Source: an uncultured Lentisphaerota bacterium
GTDB lineage: Bacteria > Verrucomicrobiota > Kiritimatiellia > RFP12 > UBA1067
Direction: 5' to 3'
DNA length: 45,810 nt
Assembly: GCA_900320855.1 (NCBI GenBank)
Contig: ONTV01000001.1
Coordinates: 1 to 45,810, forward strand
Position numbers and translations under genes: made by a program
Notes under the pieces: generated by a model
What the model was told of the DNA's origin: nothing
The model's database searches: none
Seen by the model: only the letters and a program-made list of their open reading frames with translations
Shown: piece by piece, positions 44,010 to 45,810 of the stretch
How positions within the stretch are numbered: position 1 is the first letter of the stretch
Layout: each line of letters starts with the position of its first letter

Positions 44010-44539
44010 ACGCGATGACGCTCAAGCAGAAGGCGGTCTTCGCCGTCCTGGCGGTCGTCGGCCTCTACGCCGTCGCCGCGCTCACGTGGTTTCTCTCGGC
44101 GGAGTCGGCGTGGAAGAAGGCGGCGCGGCGCTACGAGCAGGCGAAGGCGACGTACGCGAAGGAGGAGCGGCTCATCGCCGACAAGGCGAAGTGGGACGCG
44201 GCCTACGAGGCCGAGAAGGCCGCGATGCCGACGTTCGCGGCGGGCCGGGCGACGGACACGACGTGGCTGCAGAAGATGGGCGAGGTCGCGAACCGGAACC
44301 TCATCCAGATCTCGCAGCGCGGCACGCAGAAGGAGAAGCTTGAGATCGACGACGTGACGGTGCTGCCGATCGACGCGAGCTGGGAGGGCTCGCTGGAGGC
44401 GCTCGTCAAGTTCCTCTACGAGCTGGAGAATTCGAAGGAAGGGCTTTTCGACGTCGCCGAGCTGGACTTCAAGCCGAGCGCGAAGAAGGGCTATCTGCGC
44501 GGGACGTTCACGCTCAACTGCGCGTACATGAGGGAGTAG
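44006..44539 (+). CDS. PilO/GspM-like assembly protein
   Basis: 177 aa. An N-terminal TM is followed by a coiled coil, then ...[41 protein letters not shown], the PilO-type fold pattern. The start overlaps the upstream stop (ATGA). Confidence 0.55.
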   Translation: MNAMTLKQKAVFAVLAVVGLYAVAALTWFLSAESAWKKAARRYEQAKATYAKEERLIADKAKWDAAYEAEKAAMPTFAAGRATDTTWLQKMGEVANRNLIQISQRGTQKEKLEIDDVTVLPIDASWEGSLEALVKFLYELENSKEGLFDVAELDFKPSAKKGYLRGTFTLNCAYMRE

Positions 44540-44586
44540 GTGGAAAGGTGGAAGGGCGGAAAGGTGGAAAAGTAAAGAAAGGGAAT
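44539..44586 (+). repeat. Octamer array GGTGGAAA GGTGGAAG GGCGGAAA GGTGGAAA, decaying into AGTAAAGA AAGGGAAT
   Basis: Read directly. It starts at the last base of the pilO-like stop and ends 2 nt before the ATG at 44589. Confidence 0.85.
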
Positions 44587-44588
44587 TT

Positions 44589-44951
44589 ATGAAAAGAGCA
44601 ACAGTCAGTGTCCTGTCCTTTGCGGTCGCCCTGTCGGCGTTTGCGGCGGCGCCGTCGCTGCGCTCACGGCTTCTCGGCGGGCGCGCCGGTGACGCGCGCC
44701 CGGACAGCGCCGCGCGCCCGGCGGCTGCGGCGCAGCAGCCGGCGGTGACGGATGACGAGGCGGTCGCGGCGTTCGACGAGCTGTGCCGCTGCGAGGGCAT
44801 CATCCCCGCGCTCGAGTCGAGCCACGCGCTCGCCGAGGCGATAAAACGCGCGCCGACGATGCCGAAGGACTCGATTCTCCTCGTGTGCCTCTCGGGACGC
44901 GGCGACAAGGATCTGGAGAACATTGAAAATTACAAGAAGTCGAAAGGTTGA
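44589..44951 (+). pseudogene. trpB: Chimeric ORF: Sec-type signal peptide and Ala/Pro-rich segment fused to the last ~68 residues of tryptophan synthase beta
   Basis: [22 protein letters not shown]... is followed by [60 protein letters not shown]. That segment matches the TrpB C-terminus (E. coli ...[34 protein letters not shown]...NLSGRGDKD). No other frame upstream shows further TrpB sequence. trpA follows at the native spacing. Confidence 0.75.
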
Positions 44952-44955
44952 GGCA

Positions 44956-45693
44956 ATGAAACGGATTACAGAGGCATTTGAAAACGCAAAGGCGCAGGGG
45001 CGCGGCGCATTTGTCGCGTACCTCACCATCGGCTATCCGTCGCTCGCCAAGTGCGAGGCGGCGATAGACACGCTCGTCTCGGAAGGGGCGGACATCATCG
45101 AGCTCGGCGTGCCGTTCTCCGATCCGTTCGCCGACGGCGCGGTGATCCGCTCCGCGGCGTACGAGGCGCTGAAGCAGGGCGTGACGCTTGCGGACGTCCT
45201 TGCGCTCGCGAAGCGCGTGAGGGAGAGGCATCCGAAGACGGGGCTTGTCCTGTTCTCGTACTACAACCTCCTCTTCGCGAACGGACTCGACCGCTTTGCG
45301 GACGCGGCGGCTGACGCCGGAATCGACGCCGTGCTGGCGGTGGACCTTCCGCTCGAGGAGCGCGAGGAGCTGCTCGCCGTGCTGCGTCCGCGCGGAATCT
45401 CCTACGTCCCGCTTATCGCGCCGAACACTCCGATGGAGCGCGTGAAGGAGAGTGCGCAGGGACTCGACAACACGTTCCTCTACGTCATCACCGTGAAGGG
45501 GATCACCGGCGCGCGCAAGGAGCTGCCGCCCGACCTCGCGTCGCGCCTCGACGCGATACGCGCGGCGGTGGAGCTTCCGATCGCCGCCGGCTTCGGCATC
45601 TCCACGAAGGAGCAGGCGGAGGAGGTCTGCCGACATGCGGACGGATACATCATCGGGTCCGCGCTCGTGAAGCGCTTCGGCAATGCGTCCTGA
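44956..45693 (+). CDS. trpA: Tryptophan synthase alpha chain
   Basis: ORF 44923..45693, trimmed to the ATG at 44956. GRGAFVAYLTIGYP, ADIIELGVPFSDPFADGAVI, GFGIS. Confidence 0.92.
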   Translation: MKRITEAFENAKAQGRGAFVAYLTIGYPSLAKCEAAIDTLVSEGADIIELGVPFSDPFADGAVIRSAAYEALKQGVTLADVLALAKRVRERHPKTGLVLFSYYNLLFANGLDRFADAAADAGIDAVLAVDLPLEEREELLAVLRPRGISYVPLIAPNTPMERVKESAQGLDNTFLYVITVKGITGARKELPPDLASRLDAIRAAVELPIAAGFGISTKEQAEEVCRHADGYIIGSALVKRFGNAS

Positions 45694-45810
45694 AATCAAG
45701 GTCTGCGGAGTGAACGACGCCGCGTTCGCCGCGTCCGCGGCGCGCGCGGGGGTGGACTACCTCGGCTTCATATTCGAGCCGACCTCCCCGCGCGCAGTCT
45801 CGGTCGAGAA
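45683..45810 (+). CDS. trpF: Phosphoribosylanthranilate isomerase, N-terminal part (runs off window end)
   Basis: My translation from the ATG at 45683 reads MRPEIKVCGVNDAAFAASAARAGVDYLGFIFEPTSPRAVSVE. It overlaps the trpA stop. It is absent from the ORF track because it has no stop in the window. Confidence 0.75.
   Translation, partial: MRPEIKVCGVNDAAFAASAARAGVDYLGFIFEPTSPRAVSVE

Noticed and set aside
44589-44951. Treating the 120-aa ORF as a genuine small secreted protein of novel function.
   Set aside because: Its C-terminal half is plainly the end of TrpB in native position before trpA. A deletion, rearrangement or assembly join is the simpler explanation. It is kept as a finding but not called a functional new gene.
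1-45810. Search for mobile elements, prophage, defence islands, toxin-antitoxin pairs, tRNA or rRNA genes.
   Set aside because: No integrase, transposase, reverse transcriptase, nuclease/helicase defence signature or inverted terminal repeats were seen. Intergenic gaps are all under 250 bp and none folds into a tRNA-like cloverleaf by eye. The window looks like core chromosome.

Overview
This is a GC-rich chromosomal core region (third codon positions are almost all G/C). The organism is diderm, since lpxA, lptF/G and a beta-barrel OMP are present. HydF suggests an anaerobe. A PVC-type lineage is only a guess. About 45 mostly plus-strand housekeeping genes are tightly packed. In order they are: ftsK (partial) and cdaA on the minus strand; glgP, proS, an OppC-like permease, an SGNH hydrolase, proA, an OMP, folD and secY; an OmpR/HisKA pair, ung, a CPBP protease and an orphan RND pump; nusB-ribD, a chorismate synthase/DHQase/shikimate-DH fusion, malic enzyme, rhaA-rhaT, pth and hydF; rplY-rpsF-ssb-rpsR-rplI, a double GT2, tyrS and lptF-lpxA-murF; a GldA/F/G-like ABC system with a DUF4340-like partner, a U32 peptidase, GspL/PilMN- and PilO-like proteins; and a trpB fragment, trpA and partial trpF. 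I found no rRNA, tRNA, CRISPR, transposase, integrase, or recognisable defence or toxin genes. Five things stand out. (1) AT-rich tandem arrays with a 7-8 bp period sit at intercistronic junctions and, in frame, inside proS and hydF; one unit plus its flank is shared between two loci. (2) A T-tract+TGGTATAAT motif occurs 12 times and appears to delimit transcription units; three of these look leaderless, with exactly 8 nt between TATAAT and ATG. (3) A chimeric ORF joins a signal peptide to the TrpB C-terminus, marking a rearrangement junction. (4) The AroC-AroD-AroE fusion carries a shortened DHQase module. (5) A G11 tract lies between the response regulator and the kinase. The many antisense ORFs of about 1000-1500 aa are GC-content artefacts.
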